Positions 46,101 through 58,862 of a stretch of DNA of 64,000 bases are shown here, one piece after another. The notes under the pieces are model-generated. The model was not told the origin of the DNA. It ran no database searches and saw only the letters and a list, made by a program, of their open reading frames with translations. Positions within the stretch are counted from its first letter, which is position 1. Each line of letters starts with the position of its first letter. A program made the translations under genes and the position numbers. The stretch is from contig CP142729.1 in NCBI GenBank assembly GCA_036630325.1, positions 372,001 to 436,000 of the forward strand. The letters run 5' to 3'. Source of the DNA: Vairimorpha necatrix (taxonomy: Eukaryota).

Positions 46101-48479
46101 TAAAACGTATTATAAAATTGATGAGTATGACGTTAGTGTACCTATAATTCTTGTTGGGGTCTTTGTAGTATGGACATACTAGATAATAAATTGCGCTTTC
46201 AAGTATATAAAATTAGACATTTGTTAAACCCCCATATTATTGTTATTTAGAAATTCTCATAATAACGATTAGTTGGTTTTTTAGAATATAATGTTCTATT
46301 ACTTTATTGTTTATTAATCAATATGGCCCTCTTGTAGCAATTTGCTTAAATACTTTTTTAACTAATATAAATAATCGAACTCCATTTGGAGGAAATAAAT
46401 TGCGAAAAAAGTTGCAGAACTGTGTAAAAAAATAGCTTCATAAATGTTTTACGCAAAAGAGTGATAAACATTCTTTATTTTCTACAAACACATGTCAGAA
46501 TTTGTTGGGTTCGAGAATTCTAATGGTCAGCGTAAGTTTAACACATGACAATTATAATAGTACATTTTTGATGTATAAAATAAGTACATAATATAAAGCA
46601 ATAACAAAATAAGAAATACGTGAAGATAAAAGAATGTAGTTAAAACGCTGTTAGAATTTAGTTATAATCTTCGTTGTAATAGATAATTATTCACCATGAT
46701 GTAAATAATGTGATCATTTACAGTTTTTGAGAAAAGGTAAAAAATACATTATGGTCTGTTTTTATTAATATTATTAACGCAATCGAAAATATGCTGTAAA
46801 AACAATGACTCATTTGTAACTATCATACAACGTTCTCAATATTAGACGCAGGAAGCTTCCATTAATAGATGAAAATGGTGTTTTGAAGCTAGGGTTTGTG
46901 AATTTTTAAATTTCACTCTTGAGTACAAAAGTATTGACATTCTCCAAACTTAAATAATTTCGCCATGGACTATACAAACTTCACAAACTTATTAAAATGT
47001 TTTTTTTGATTATAAGCACAATTTACGTTTTTTATTTTTTTTAATTGTATAACTTGTAGCCTTCAAGCTGTAATACTTTTAAGAGGTGTTCTCTCCTTTA
47101 TTAATACTTTTTTATTTTAAAGCCTTTATAGCGTTTGCTGACAATAAATGTCTTTGATAGAACTTAAAGGTCTGCACGACCTTTTTGACGCGATCATACT
47201 CTTTATTCTTGCATGAGTAAAGAACGAAATAAAAAGTTTTTAATTAATAAAATTTGTATTTAATGAAGAACAAATCTTATCATTGATCATGCCACAAACA
47301 GTTTAAATAAATTTTGTTATACGCTTTTTATTGATAATAGCCTGTCTGAAATTTATATCTTTTCTAAGTTTACCTCAATTTGATTTTCTTTATATTTACA
47401 TTTTTTGTATTCAGCAAATTCAGAGGACTATGAAAATTATTAGAATGTATACAAAACCGCGATTATATAGATCGCTGTTAATACTTATATATCCTTTTTA
47501 TACATTTTATTTGATCAAAGAATATCTTTTCAAAAAAAAGTTATTATATCATTTCGATGTAAGTTGGTTTAAGCGACAAAATTTCGATTTACATTCTTCT
47601 TCATGGTAAGATGGATAAATTTCGTCAAAATTATCACTAAAAACTATTCTATGTATGTATTTACACAAAATTTTATTTTTTTTTGATGAATAAATCTAAA
47701 AACAAAAATATAGATCATATAAAATAACCTCAAACAAAATCCTTTGTTAATTTTTTCATTATGTCTAATATAGATTTAAACTGCAGATAAGAAGATTTTA
47801 ACATTGTTTAACATAGAATCCTGACCTATTTTATTCTAGTATGAAACTGATACAGATTAGATTGTAGCCACGAAAAAAATCAAAAAAAAAATATCAAAAC
47901 TTAAGGGGAAAAACTATTTTGATAAGTCATCAAGAATGAGAAAAGGTATTTCTTGATAAAAAACAAAGCAAATAAATAATACATGTTGATTAAAAAAATC
48001 GCCGAACATACCATAAAAACGTTCTCGCTTTCAATACAGAACAGATCTAAAATCGATGCGAGCGTAAAATCCTTATTTTACGACATTAAGTCACATCATA
48101 TCGATAAATAAAGTGGTTGTTTAAAACATGATAGTTTTTTAATTAGATGGAACTATGAAATTACAGCACTTGCATTTCTGGCTGTTATAGCATTCAACCC
48201 ATTTTTAATGACATTTAAAACAGTATTCATTGATTATACAAAAAAATTAATTCGAAAAAAGAGAGAGATCGAGTTGTATATTTAATTCAGTAAAAAATCG
48301 AAGCGTACTTAGTAAGTCTAATTTCTATCGAGCATACATGTTATATTCAGACATGTCTACTTGTTCAAAGTAAATGAAAGGCCAATTTTATTGGATTTAC
48401 TAAAGTGACTCTGGGATATCTTGTGCGTCTTTGGTATTTGATCGGGATTTTTTTAATAAAATTCCGAATACTAAAATTG

Positions 48480-49440
48480 AAAAATTCGTATTGAAATTTT
48501 CGATCATATAACATAGAAAGGCACGAATGTGAAATTTTAGTCATACAGAAGCTTTTATACAGAATTTCGAATTTTAGACTTTTAATCATGTTAAACGTGC
48601 CGATTGAAGAAATAATATGTTTTAAATGCAGTGAAGTACATAATATTCAATGTGAGAAGGATGTAAAGAGTAGTACAAGCGTACAAACTATAAGTGCATT
48701 GCAAAATATCAATAAATCAAAGAAGCAAGTTCCTTCGAATAAATTACTGCATATAAATATTTTTAAACCTATGTAGAAGTAGCTATTTTACATTAGAATC
48801 AAAATTGTTTGTTACGTCATCTACAGTTGCTAATGCAAAAAAACAACTTAGAGAAACTTTTAAAAATAGAATGTCATATAATTGGTGGGCCGGGTAAAAT
48901 TAACCAAGTTGATGACTCTGATATTTGTAGTAGGTATAAAACAAGATTGCCAACAAGTTCAAACATTCAATTACTGACAAGGTTTGAATATTAGGCATAG
49001 TAGAAGCCGATAATCTTACCAACTTTTACATTACAGGGATAATGAATAGGACTATCGAGGGTTTAACAGGGGCTTAATGTGTAAAATGGGGATAATTTAG
49101 ATTTTTCATAGTGATGGTCATCCAAATTATTTGGGAAATGCACGAAATCTTTGTTTCGAGCAAAGGTTTCAAACCACTTAACGGATTCAGATCTCCAGAT
49201 GAAACTCATACCAATAATATTTAGAATACATTGTCGCAGTTAAAATCGAAATGTCCAAATAACATGGAGTTAAGTGTACATAAATAAATACCTGCTTAAT
49301 ATATTTATGTATAGAGAAAAATTTGTGTAAAGAAAAATAAAAGGTTTTTATGGTTTATATTATTTTTAATTGTCTAATTTAATAATTAAATTATGTTTCT
49401 TGTTTTTTTTCTATTTTTTCCATTACAAAGGGGGGGGGGG
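48480..49440 (+). pseudogene. Decayed Merlin transposase relic (different subfamily); ends approximate
   Basis: Fragments IIGGPGKINQVDDSDIC, LGIVE, SDGHPNY and HTNNI in the correct order. No TIR pair found. Confidence 0.65.
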
Positions 49441-49800
49441 TGTTGGAGTCTGATCGAATACCAAAGAAGCACCGGAAACTTAATATAACAAATTGACGCA
49501 ATCCAGAGGAGCTACCTCTGGACAAATATAGTTCTATTAAATTATACGTTTTATTTATTTGATTAAAGCCTCGTTGGGCATCCGTAATGGGATACTGGTC
49601 CCTGGCTCTGAGGCCCTTCCTTGGTCGTGGATTCCAAGGGTATTGATCTTTGTCTTGTCTCATAATTTTGTGGGGTCAGGGCAAAAAGGAAATAAATATT
49701 TGATTTTTGGAATAGACCGGTTGAATGGTCTATTTTCCAAAAAGGGAAAATTGATAAAATAAAAATAAATAATTTGTGGTATTTATAATACCACACAAAT
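49441..49800. other. GC-richer, hairpin-rich island: LTR-like fragment or structured RNA
   Basis: Starts TGTTGG directly after a G run. Stem-loops at 49502-49522, 49619-49639, 49705-49742 and 49775-49795. Confidence 0.35.
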
Positions 49801-52425
49801 AATAGTATATCTACAAAAATACTAAAAAAGTTACATTCAATAATACATAATAATAAAGAGTTATAGAAGTCTAGAAGTAAATGAAGGGAAGGATATGGCT
49901 CGGGATTATCAAGGAAACTTATAAAACATTAGCGCAGCTCTTAGAGACCTATCTATAATATGTATTAGAGAAGTTATTTGATAAATAAAGGTAAAATACA
50001 GATTTATGTAGGACTATACAATGCATGATGTGTGAAGTATGTGTGAAAAATAAATTATAGTCTTAAATGACTTAAATGAGATTCAAGACATATTTAAATA
50101 TTTTTTGTGTAATAATAAGATAGAAACTGCTATATTTTTATCGAAGTAATTCTACTTCTAGAAATTGTTGTCTTTGGGCTGATAAACTAAGAAAATTTAG
50201 CTGATTAAAAAAATTAAATGCTAGTTTCTGAATTTTATATGAGGACAGTGAAGTATGTTTTTTTAATACACTAACATATGTTTCCTGTTTTTATGACAGG
50301 ATTTATAAATATTGTTTTGTAAAATTTAAGTTCCTTTTTTTAGTTTCAATTTTAGTTACTTAATCTTTAAAAGATACTTTTTAATTTATAATTTAGAGAT
50401 TTTTAAGCTATACATGGAAGTAAAATTCGTGAAAAGTGTATAAATCTATATGAATTCTATTATTAATCGTCTTTTACTCTATTTTATGCACTAGTTTAAA
50501 AATTTTCTGTGCTTAAGTTTTTTACAATTTTGGAGGAAGAGCTAATAAATTCCGAGAAATATTTTAAGAAATTTTAGATCTAAGTTTTATGAAAAAAATA
50601 ATTTAAATAAATTTTAAGAACATTTGGTACGGTTAATTTTTTTTATTGATCACTCAATTAAATTATTATTCGATACTGAATGGGAAAAAAACCGGAATTA
50701 GAGATTTTCAAGATTTCAGAACCACGCATAAAATTGAATAAACTTTTCTGTATAATGCGGTCAATAGATGAACATTGGCTTAAATAAAAAAAGATGGAAA
50801 TAATGCAACTTGTTATATACTTCCTCAATAAAAAATTTTACCTGAGATACTTCACAGACATTTTTAAAAAAGCTAATGAAGGTTTATTTGCATACAAATA
50901 TAGCTTATACAATAGTAAAAAATAATTTAAAGGATAAAAAATTCAAATTAATAAATATGTTAATTGGTCATAATTTTTGAACTCGTAATGAACAAAAAAT
51001 TTATTATATAAATTATTTATTGCAAAAATAGTAATCTTTACCGTAATAAAAATTGGGTCCAAACAATTTTTAGTAGTATACATAAGCATTTCTGATCAAT
51101 AAAATATATAATTTTGCTTATAAAACCTTTTGAAGAATTTTTTCGTAATTGTTTAATCTATTTAAAAAATGAATTATTATTAGCCTGCTGTAAAGAGTTC
51201 TCTCTTTTTGCAATATGATACATTCAATTATGAAATAATTCTTATAAAAAACAAATGTCATGCCCACGAGTGCACAATCCGTTCTTTAAATAGTTATAAA
51301 GTAAATTTTATTATATTGTATATTAGTTATATTTATTTAATTTTTGCTCTTGCCCATTAATTATTTCCTAGGTTAATCTGGTTAGAGCATCTACAATGTT
51401 GTAGCTCGTTTTTTCAATAGATATTTTTCCTTGGCCTTCATTTTAATTTTTTGTTTATACATTATACAGAAATGCGAATGCGAGATGTTTTAAGAAAAAA
51501 GAAATCTATATGTCAGAGTAAAAAATAAAACAAGTGGGTCAATCGTGTAAATTTTTTTTGTTTTTTGATGCAAAAAATGGTTTATGTTACTATTGACTAA
51601 AATATTTTCTATAAAGAATGCAAAATTTTATTTACTATATGTATTCGTTTATCATGATGTGTAGGAAAAAAAAATATGCATTTGATACATAATTGACGTC
51701 TATATAAAGTATTTGACGCGAGGGAAAGAATATTGCTATCAAAAAAATGAATGCGGAAGAAAAACTTCAATGATTAGAATGTAATTAGTTCGTGTAAAAA
51801 GCTTTCGTGTACCATTTTAGTGTGTATATGCTTACAACAGGATATTGTAATTGGCATCATTGTGTATTGTTAAATTCGAAGAGTCTTTTTATGTATCATA
51901 ATGTTGTATAAAAAATATAATATAAAACGGCCTTATTTTGGTTCATTGATACATTAAAAATCATCCAAATATAATTACAAAAAGACTATTTGACATTTTT
52001 ATAAACAACTTAAGATGTCTAAAACAACATTTTTAAACTTATCAAATTCTAGAATTTATATTCTGTTTATAAATCTTTTTTTTATAGATTTATAGCTCAC
52101 AATGTGATCTGTTTGTTTTTTATTAATATTTTTCACTTCATTATCGCAAATTGCAAGCCTTTGATATAACATCTTTTAAATACAAATTTTTATCTAATTA
52201 TACTTTATTTTTGTATTAATTCTAAGTCTTGAAAATTTTAGAGTACTATTAGTTTTTTAGATCCAGACTTTATTCATTATCTTTAAATAAAACATAAAAA
52301 GATTCAAGATACATTTTTATTACATATGAGATTTTTTATTCATGTATTATTTTCTTACGCAAGTTTAATAAGATTGATTTCGCAAATAAAATAATAGCAC
52401 AAAATAACAAATTAAATGATTAACT

Positions 52426-54732
52426 TTAGACTGCGAAAACTTTTATTAAATCTTTTACTAATTTTATTCCAAATTTACCTTCAAAAATTATACAAATGGC
52501 ATCTTCACTAAATAACTTTTTGATGTTTAAAATTTTATTTTCACATTCGGTCTTTTTGATAGTATCATTTTTCATAATACTATCTAAATATTCCATTAAG
52601 TACAGATTAAAATATTTAAGCCTCTTGTTTTTAATATTAAGAAAAATTTTATGCTTTAAGTCTTTAAAAAATCTTTCTTTTACGTTAATTTTGAATTCAT
52701 TTATCTGCACAGCTTCACTACCTTTTGTGAGAGCTGAAATTGCTTTTATCAAATTATCATTTTTCAAAACATATTCAATCTCTTTTATTCCCTGTTGTTT
52801 CATTTCATTTTCGAAAGATAAAATCTCTGACAATTCGAATATGTTATTAAACCTTACATTATAGGCTCTGCTTTTTATTTTATTTAACGCTTTAATTATT
52901 TTTGGTATTGTTATCTTTTTAAAAATAGTTTCTAGTTTATTAGCCAAATATTTTAAATTTTTAGGGAAAAGTTGCATTTCTTTATTGATTTTTTTTATTT
53001 CCTTAATGCATTTTTTTTCTTCTTTTTTCTGATTTTCATTTGTATATTTCTCTAGTTTTGTTCTTATTATTTCATTCTTACTTTCCAATTCATTCTCATT
53101 GATAATTAGGCGGGTAATAATTTCTCTTTTTGTAATTTCAGTCATATTTACACTGTTTGTACATATATTTTTTTCTGAGCCTGTAAATAAGGATATTAAT
53201 TTAATTATGTAATCATCCATGTCTATTTGAAACGTTCTAATTTCCATTAAATGGACTTTTAAAATTTCTCTATATGTTTTCAATAAGTCAATTTCAAGAT
53301 TTTTACTTTTTAAATAATATGATAGTGTCATTTTTCCTTGAAAATATTCTCTATCTATAATATTATGTCCGATTTTTTTCAAAGTGTCAAATGTTGCATC
53401 CTCACTTACATCATTTTCATTCATGTAAGTTTCGCATTCTATGAATAAAAATAATTTCATCATGAAACTAGTTGATGCGTTTTCATGATTCAAAATAAAT
53501 GCTAATAAGGCATTTATAAACTTCTTTCTTCTTTTATCATTTAGTTTATCATCAGAAACAGCATCATCTAAATCATTTTTAGTTATTAATTGCTGATCCA
53601 ACAATATATGTGCAAATATTATTTTGATTGATGAATGTCGTTTTGTAATTATAATGTTCATGAGAAACTCTAAATTATGACTACATGCTATTAATCTAAA
53701 AAACCATTCAACTTCCTTTGAAAAATCATCTTCTCCTATTAATCTAGAAACCTTAATAAAACATTCCTGGAAATCTGCAAAACATTGTTTATTGATGATA
53801 TGATAACTATAAAAAATACTCCACCCTTTTTCTAAGAAATAATAATAATAACCTTCTTTTTGTGAAAATAGGACTTGTCCGTTGCTAATTTCTATTTTAA
53901 ACTTTTCATTTGCACATTCAATCATATTTAAAGAGCAATATATAGAAAAATCAGTAAATGAAGTATTGATTATAGGAATACGAACGAATTTATACAAATC
54001 GAAAACATACTTACTAATGTTAGTATCCGATAAATTATCATAAAAAGTTATAATTCTAACTAACTTGATTAAATCATCACAATATAAATCTATTGGATCT
54101 ACGTCAAATAAATAATAAATATCATCAAAGTATATATTAAAACGTATAACGGAATGTAAATGTTTTCTTAAGTTAATAATTGGTGAGTAGGTATTAATCT
54201 CATCACATTCATAATTTCGGTTAGTAGCATCGATTATTTTGATATAGTAGTTGCTCCACATGTTATGATCATCAAGAATGTATTCATAATATATATCGCA
54301 ATTAAACCGTTTTTTATTCCTTTCCTTGTTTATTTTTTCGAAACGTTGAACAATACTTCTGTAAATGGGGCATTTTTCGTATATCGATTTCGTATATATT
54401 ATTATAAAATATTTTGATAGTTCATTTTTACATTCACGCATTAATTGATTTTCAAAGTTTTCTACGGCTTGCTTTAAAGATATAAACCTATAATATACAT
54501 ATATAGTTCTAATGTTTTGTTCATTAGATACTTCATCTACGGTTTTAATTTCTCCACGGATATAATTATCTGTGTCATACGTTATCAATACTCTCACATA
54601 ATCTTTATTTACATTAATTGTTTTAAAATCCTTATTATTTATTTTATTTATAATAATAGCACCAAGTTTTTCGCATAGATGTTGACATGAGCATATAAAT
54701 ACAACGTTGAGCAATATTTTGCTAATATCCAT
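52426..54732 (-). CDS. Orphan predicted secreted protein, ~768 aa, divergent L770 member 3
   Basis: The ATG at 54732 is directly preceded by CCC and gives MDISKILLNVVFICS (upstream in-frame ATG at 54801 also possible). Shares spaced motifs with the other L770 proteins (IIIY, DIxYExI, ISKY, KFKIEI, YFLE, FxRL, IIFAHxLL, TLKxIG, IKxxSLF) and has the same length. Confidence 0.85.
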   Translation of the reverse strand: MDISKILLNVVFICSCQHLCEKLGAIIINKINNKDFKTINVNKDYVRVLITYDTDNYIRGEIKTVDEVSNEQNIRTIYVYYRFISLKQAVENFENQLMRECKNELSKYFIIIYTKSIYEKCPIYRSIVQRFEKINKERNKKRFNCDIYYEYILDDHNMWSNYYIKIIDATNRNYECDEINTYSPIINLRKHLHSVIRFNIYFDDIYYLFDVDPIDLYCDDLIKLVRIITFYDNLSDTNISKYVFDLYKFVRIPIINTSFTDFSIYCSLNMIECANEKFKIEISNGQVLFSQKEGYYYYFLEKGWSIFYSYHIINKQCFADFQECFIKVSRLIGEDDFSKEVEWFFRLIACSHNLEFLMNIIITKRHSSIKIIFAHILLDQQLITKNDLDDAVSDDKLNDKRRKKFINALLAFILNHENASTSFMMKLFLFIECETYMNENDVSEDATFDTLKKIGHNIIDREYFQGKMTLSYYLKSKNLEIDLLKTYREILKVHLMEIRTFQIDMDDYIIKLISLFTGSEKNICTNSVNMTEITKREIITRLIINENELESKNEIIRTKLEKYTNENQKKEEKKCIKEIKKINKEMQLFPKNLKYLANKLETIFKKITIPKIIKALNKIKSRAYNVRFNNIFELSEILSFENEMKQQGIKEIEYVLKNDNLIKAISALTKGSEAVQINEFKINVKERFFKDLKHKIFLNIKNKRLKYFNLYLMEYLDSIMKNDTIKKTECENKILNIKKLFSEDAICIIFEGKFGIKLVKDLIKVFAV

Positions 54733-57700
54733 GGGCATATGAAAATGTTGCAATTTAATATAAATATTAATTAAATATAACAATATTTGTTTATAGCTCA
54801 TATATATATATACCTAGAGAATTAACATACGCTATAAAAAGAAATATATGTCAATACCATTAATTTAACAGTATTTGATTTTTGTAAATATTGTATATTT
54901 ACGTAGATATACGGCAGAAACACATAAAAACATACCCTTTATTGTGATTGCTTTGTCCACGAACAATAGATCAAACCGCGAATTTGTTAACACAAAAAAT
55001 AAATTGTTTATATAATAAAATCATTTTTTAATCATAAATGTTAAATATAATCAATAAAAATATAAACGAGTATTTTCAAATGTAAAAATCTCCTTGTTTC
55101 TAAAAAATATAGAACAAGTTACCATACATATTTTTTTAAACTTTTTATTTAACTTTAATTGTTTATATTAATTTAAAAATGCTTAAAAATATATTTGAGT
55201 TATAGAGGAATAAACGGTTATAATTTCTTGTTTTTTATACGGAATTTTATTAAAAAAATTCTTCCAAATTGACACCAACATAACCTCAAAAGAGTTAGTA
55301 TGAACTTTATATGGAAAAGAATGAAAAACAATGTTTTCAAAATCTGCTGACCGGGGGGGGGTTTGCAATAACCTTTTTTATACACCAGTTTATACTAAAA
55401 ATGTATCTATCAAAATTTATAAAATGGTGGAGATAATTAAATTGCTTATGTATTCTCAAGTTTATGTATAAAAGTATTGCATCCTATATAGACTAAAGAA
55501 AATAGGTAAGGCACCATGTCCTATGGACATTAACTTTTCATTGATTTCTATTTATTTAAACATATACTTTAAGGAAAGAAACAGGATTGAGATCGTACTT
55601 TTCTATAATCCAAAAAAACGAGCACACAGAAGATTATTTTTGTTAAAGCTTGTTTGTTTTTTATTTTTTTACATTTTCTTTACAAATTCAATAAAAGACA
55701 TTTTTTTTTCACAATAAGCAAGACATGTCTTTTATGGTGATAACATCCCATTAAATCTCTCTTTTTGGCCAAGCGAGAATTTATTAAAAATAAATCTATA
55801 AAGAATATTTAGTCTTATGCAAAGCCTTCAAACTATAACATTGTTAACTATAAATTCATTTTTATTAGGATTTCGTATTTGTAACGTTTAAATGTATAAG
55901 TTTGTTTATTTAAATAGACTAAATAAAAAAATAAAATTTTATTGAAATTAAAAAGGCATTCTTGCAAAATGCGTTCTATAAATTTCAAGAACTGTAAAAA
56001 AGACTAATGTAAAATGAAAAAGGTGCACAGCTGAATTTTTTCTAAAGATTTATTTGTAATTCTTCATTTATTGTTTATATATCTCTAGCTTTTTATATAA
56101 AAACGAAAAAAGAAATGTTATACTTTTTTAAAGAAGAAATAAAAGTATAGAATTAAGATAAAAATAAATTAAAATGAAATTGAGGTCATGGAAAAAAAAT
56201 TACCCACAGTGAGTTTTTTTTTGACTTTAATTATCAATTAACAATTATAATTTTAGATATTAAACATTTATTTAGGATTTCTATCTTTTCTACAAGTTGC
56301 TTGGAGCAAAATTTCAAAATTATAAATCCTGAAATTGTAAGGAATGTCAAACGTGCTAAACATGTAGCAGCTCTTGAGCTTCTACGACAAAAAAGTTTTA
56401 TTTATGTCTACAATTGTGGTTTTGCCAATTTAAAGAAGCTTTTTTCTCTAAATTAATGAATTTTTAGCGGAAACCAAAATAACAATACCTTGCATGTATT
56501 GTTTATATTACATGTATAATTAAATAAAAAAATTACAAAATAAAGATAAATATGTATATTACAAAAAAACAATATGGTAGTAAAACAATATCGCGATTAA
56601 AATTTCGTATACTGGAATTACAAAAAGTAGGTTTATATGAGTTTATACCTTATTTAGTGAAACAAACTGTGAATTGAAAATACATTGCAAGAATAATTAT
56701 ACAGAGAATTTAAATTTGACATTGCAATCACGAAGATAGTAATTTTATCTGAACATTTTCTTTTTGTAAACACTAAAATATTGTAGCAAATAATAATGCA
56801 TAGTCTAAGATAAAAGGTTAACTACTAGTTTTCAAGACGGAGCTATGTTTTTTTTTAAATATATTTAATGATTTTAATTCTTGACACACAATTTCTTTAG
56901 CATGGCAGAGAATAAAAAACCATCGAGCACATGAAAAAAAACAAAAGAAGACGTTGTAAGTTCCGTCAAGGCATGAGCCGTAAAATAATACATATATGTT
57001 AGAATGGATTGATTGATGTTAACTGAAAAGAAGGTGTTGACTTTATCAGTAGAGGATCCGCAGAGACAAAGACGTTTTGAGCTATGAAGAGCAGTAAGAA
57101 ACATATTGACTGCAATAATATCTAGCGCAAGAAATGTCTAGTTTGAGGTAGTGTTACATTTCAATATTCACATTCAAAGCTATCATGGCAAGATAGCTGA
57201 ATCACCAGTATTATAAAGATCTAGAGAGATTTGAAAAGAGAATAAAATCTAAAAGAAACTGTGTTGTAGTTATAGATTGAGATAGACGGATAAATCTTGC
57301 ATCATTGTTGGAAAGACACATGCGAAAAAATCATGCTCATAGACATTATGTATCATAACATGAAAGAAAGTATCGCAAAGACCAATCATTGCATAGTTAG
57401 TATTACGCGAAAGAGTAAAGCGCAGACCAAGGTCAGTTAACACAAAATTTCACTTTTATTTATAAAGTTATGTTGTAAGCGTAAAAAATGAAATATTAAA
57501 TTAATCAGTTCTTAATTTAGCGTGGAGATGTTAAGATTATATATTGCATAAATTGCATCCTTAACTTACAATTATCCTAAAAGTTTTAAAAGAAATTTGA
57601 TAGAGTTGTAGAGTTTTTATCTATGCAACCATTTAACAATTTTTAAAGGAAATAAAGTCTAATGCGGCACTTAAAACTACAAGCTATAACTCCTGTAAAC

Positions 57701-57915
57701 ATAAATAATATTCAAAAATATTGATCAAATGATTTTTTAGTACTTATGCCAATTTTAATTAACAATAGGGTTTCGTAATTAAAAATATATTTTATAAATA
57801 TAGTTTATTCGTCATTTGACGCATTTTATTGTAATGTTACGCGTTTTTTTTAATAAGTACACGTGGAAAAAAAAATTTATTCCCTGATATTAGAATTTTA
57901 GAAAAATTTTTGTTT

Positions 57916-58862
57916 GGCTAAAGTCAGCTTTAGGATGGAAATTTCGTTTTTGTTTTTTTGTCCTCTTATTAAAAATAGAGAAAAGGCTTGTACAAAAGAA
58001 CAAATAGAGAATGTTGTATAATATAAAAAGCAAATAAGCTAAATCAAAATTGTGAATGTGAAATTCAAGATGTTTCAATTAGTAAAAAATATGGTTTTAA
58101 GTAGTTCATAAGTACGTGCAAAGCGACAAATTTTATTTAAAAATCTAGGCTTAGTCATATTACAGCATTACAAATACTTTATTTGGGATTCTTGGCTATC
58201 CGCGTATGTCCTTTTCTCAAATTAAAGGGGGCTTCTTTTGCTTTAATATCTAAAAATATTAAAAAATTTATAGATACTGACATTATGATAAATATTGATC
58301 TAGTTTAAAGAATCTAGGCTGAGAAGTGCAATAGTATAAATCTACGAGATGAAGCTTGGGAAGTATAAATATAAAAAGGGTAACTAATATATTGTTTCGG
58401 TATTTGGGATGGTCGAACGTATCATTCAATGTAAATATATACAACTACATATTAAGAAAAGAGAAAAAACTTGCTGAACTTGTATTAAAGTATGTAAGTA
58501 GAAGTAGCACAATGTATGAAGATATTTGGAGGTAAGTCAATTTATATAGTACTATATTTACCAACTCCATATGGTTAATCAATTAGTACATTTAAAAGAT
58601 CTAGGGTCAGGAGTATATGCATATACTATGGAGGGCAATTAATATCTTATAAAAATTCTAACAAATAGAAACAGATCGTTCATTTAAAAAACTTTTTTAG
58701 GTCTATATTTCATAGGAATTCTTCAACTTCAGTGTAAAATGCCCTACTAAATCTATTATGCTTTTTATTATTTTACTTACTTCCTCAACATTTTCTTTAC
58801 CTCATTTTATTTAAGAGAGCAAAAAACCTAAATGCAAAATTTTTAGCTATAGTTCTTACGCC
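57916..58862 (+). mobile_element. Decayed Merlin element
   Basis: Left end GGCTAAAGTCAGCTTTAG with an eroded right TIR. Relics VFGMVER, MVNQ and GVYAYTMEGN align to the 35302-36310 transposase. No TSD. Confidence 0.72.

Noticed and set aside
43900-48400. Coding-like or GC-richer patches (44300-44760, 45170-45460, 45720-45980; also 23000-24500, 27000-28300, 56860-57460)
   Set aside because: Probably decayed genes or TEs, but no motif or boundary could be identified by eye. Needs TBLASTX.
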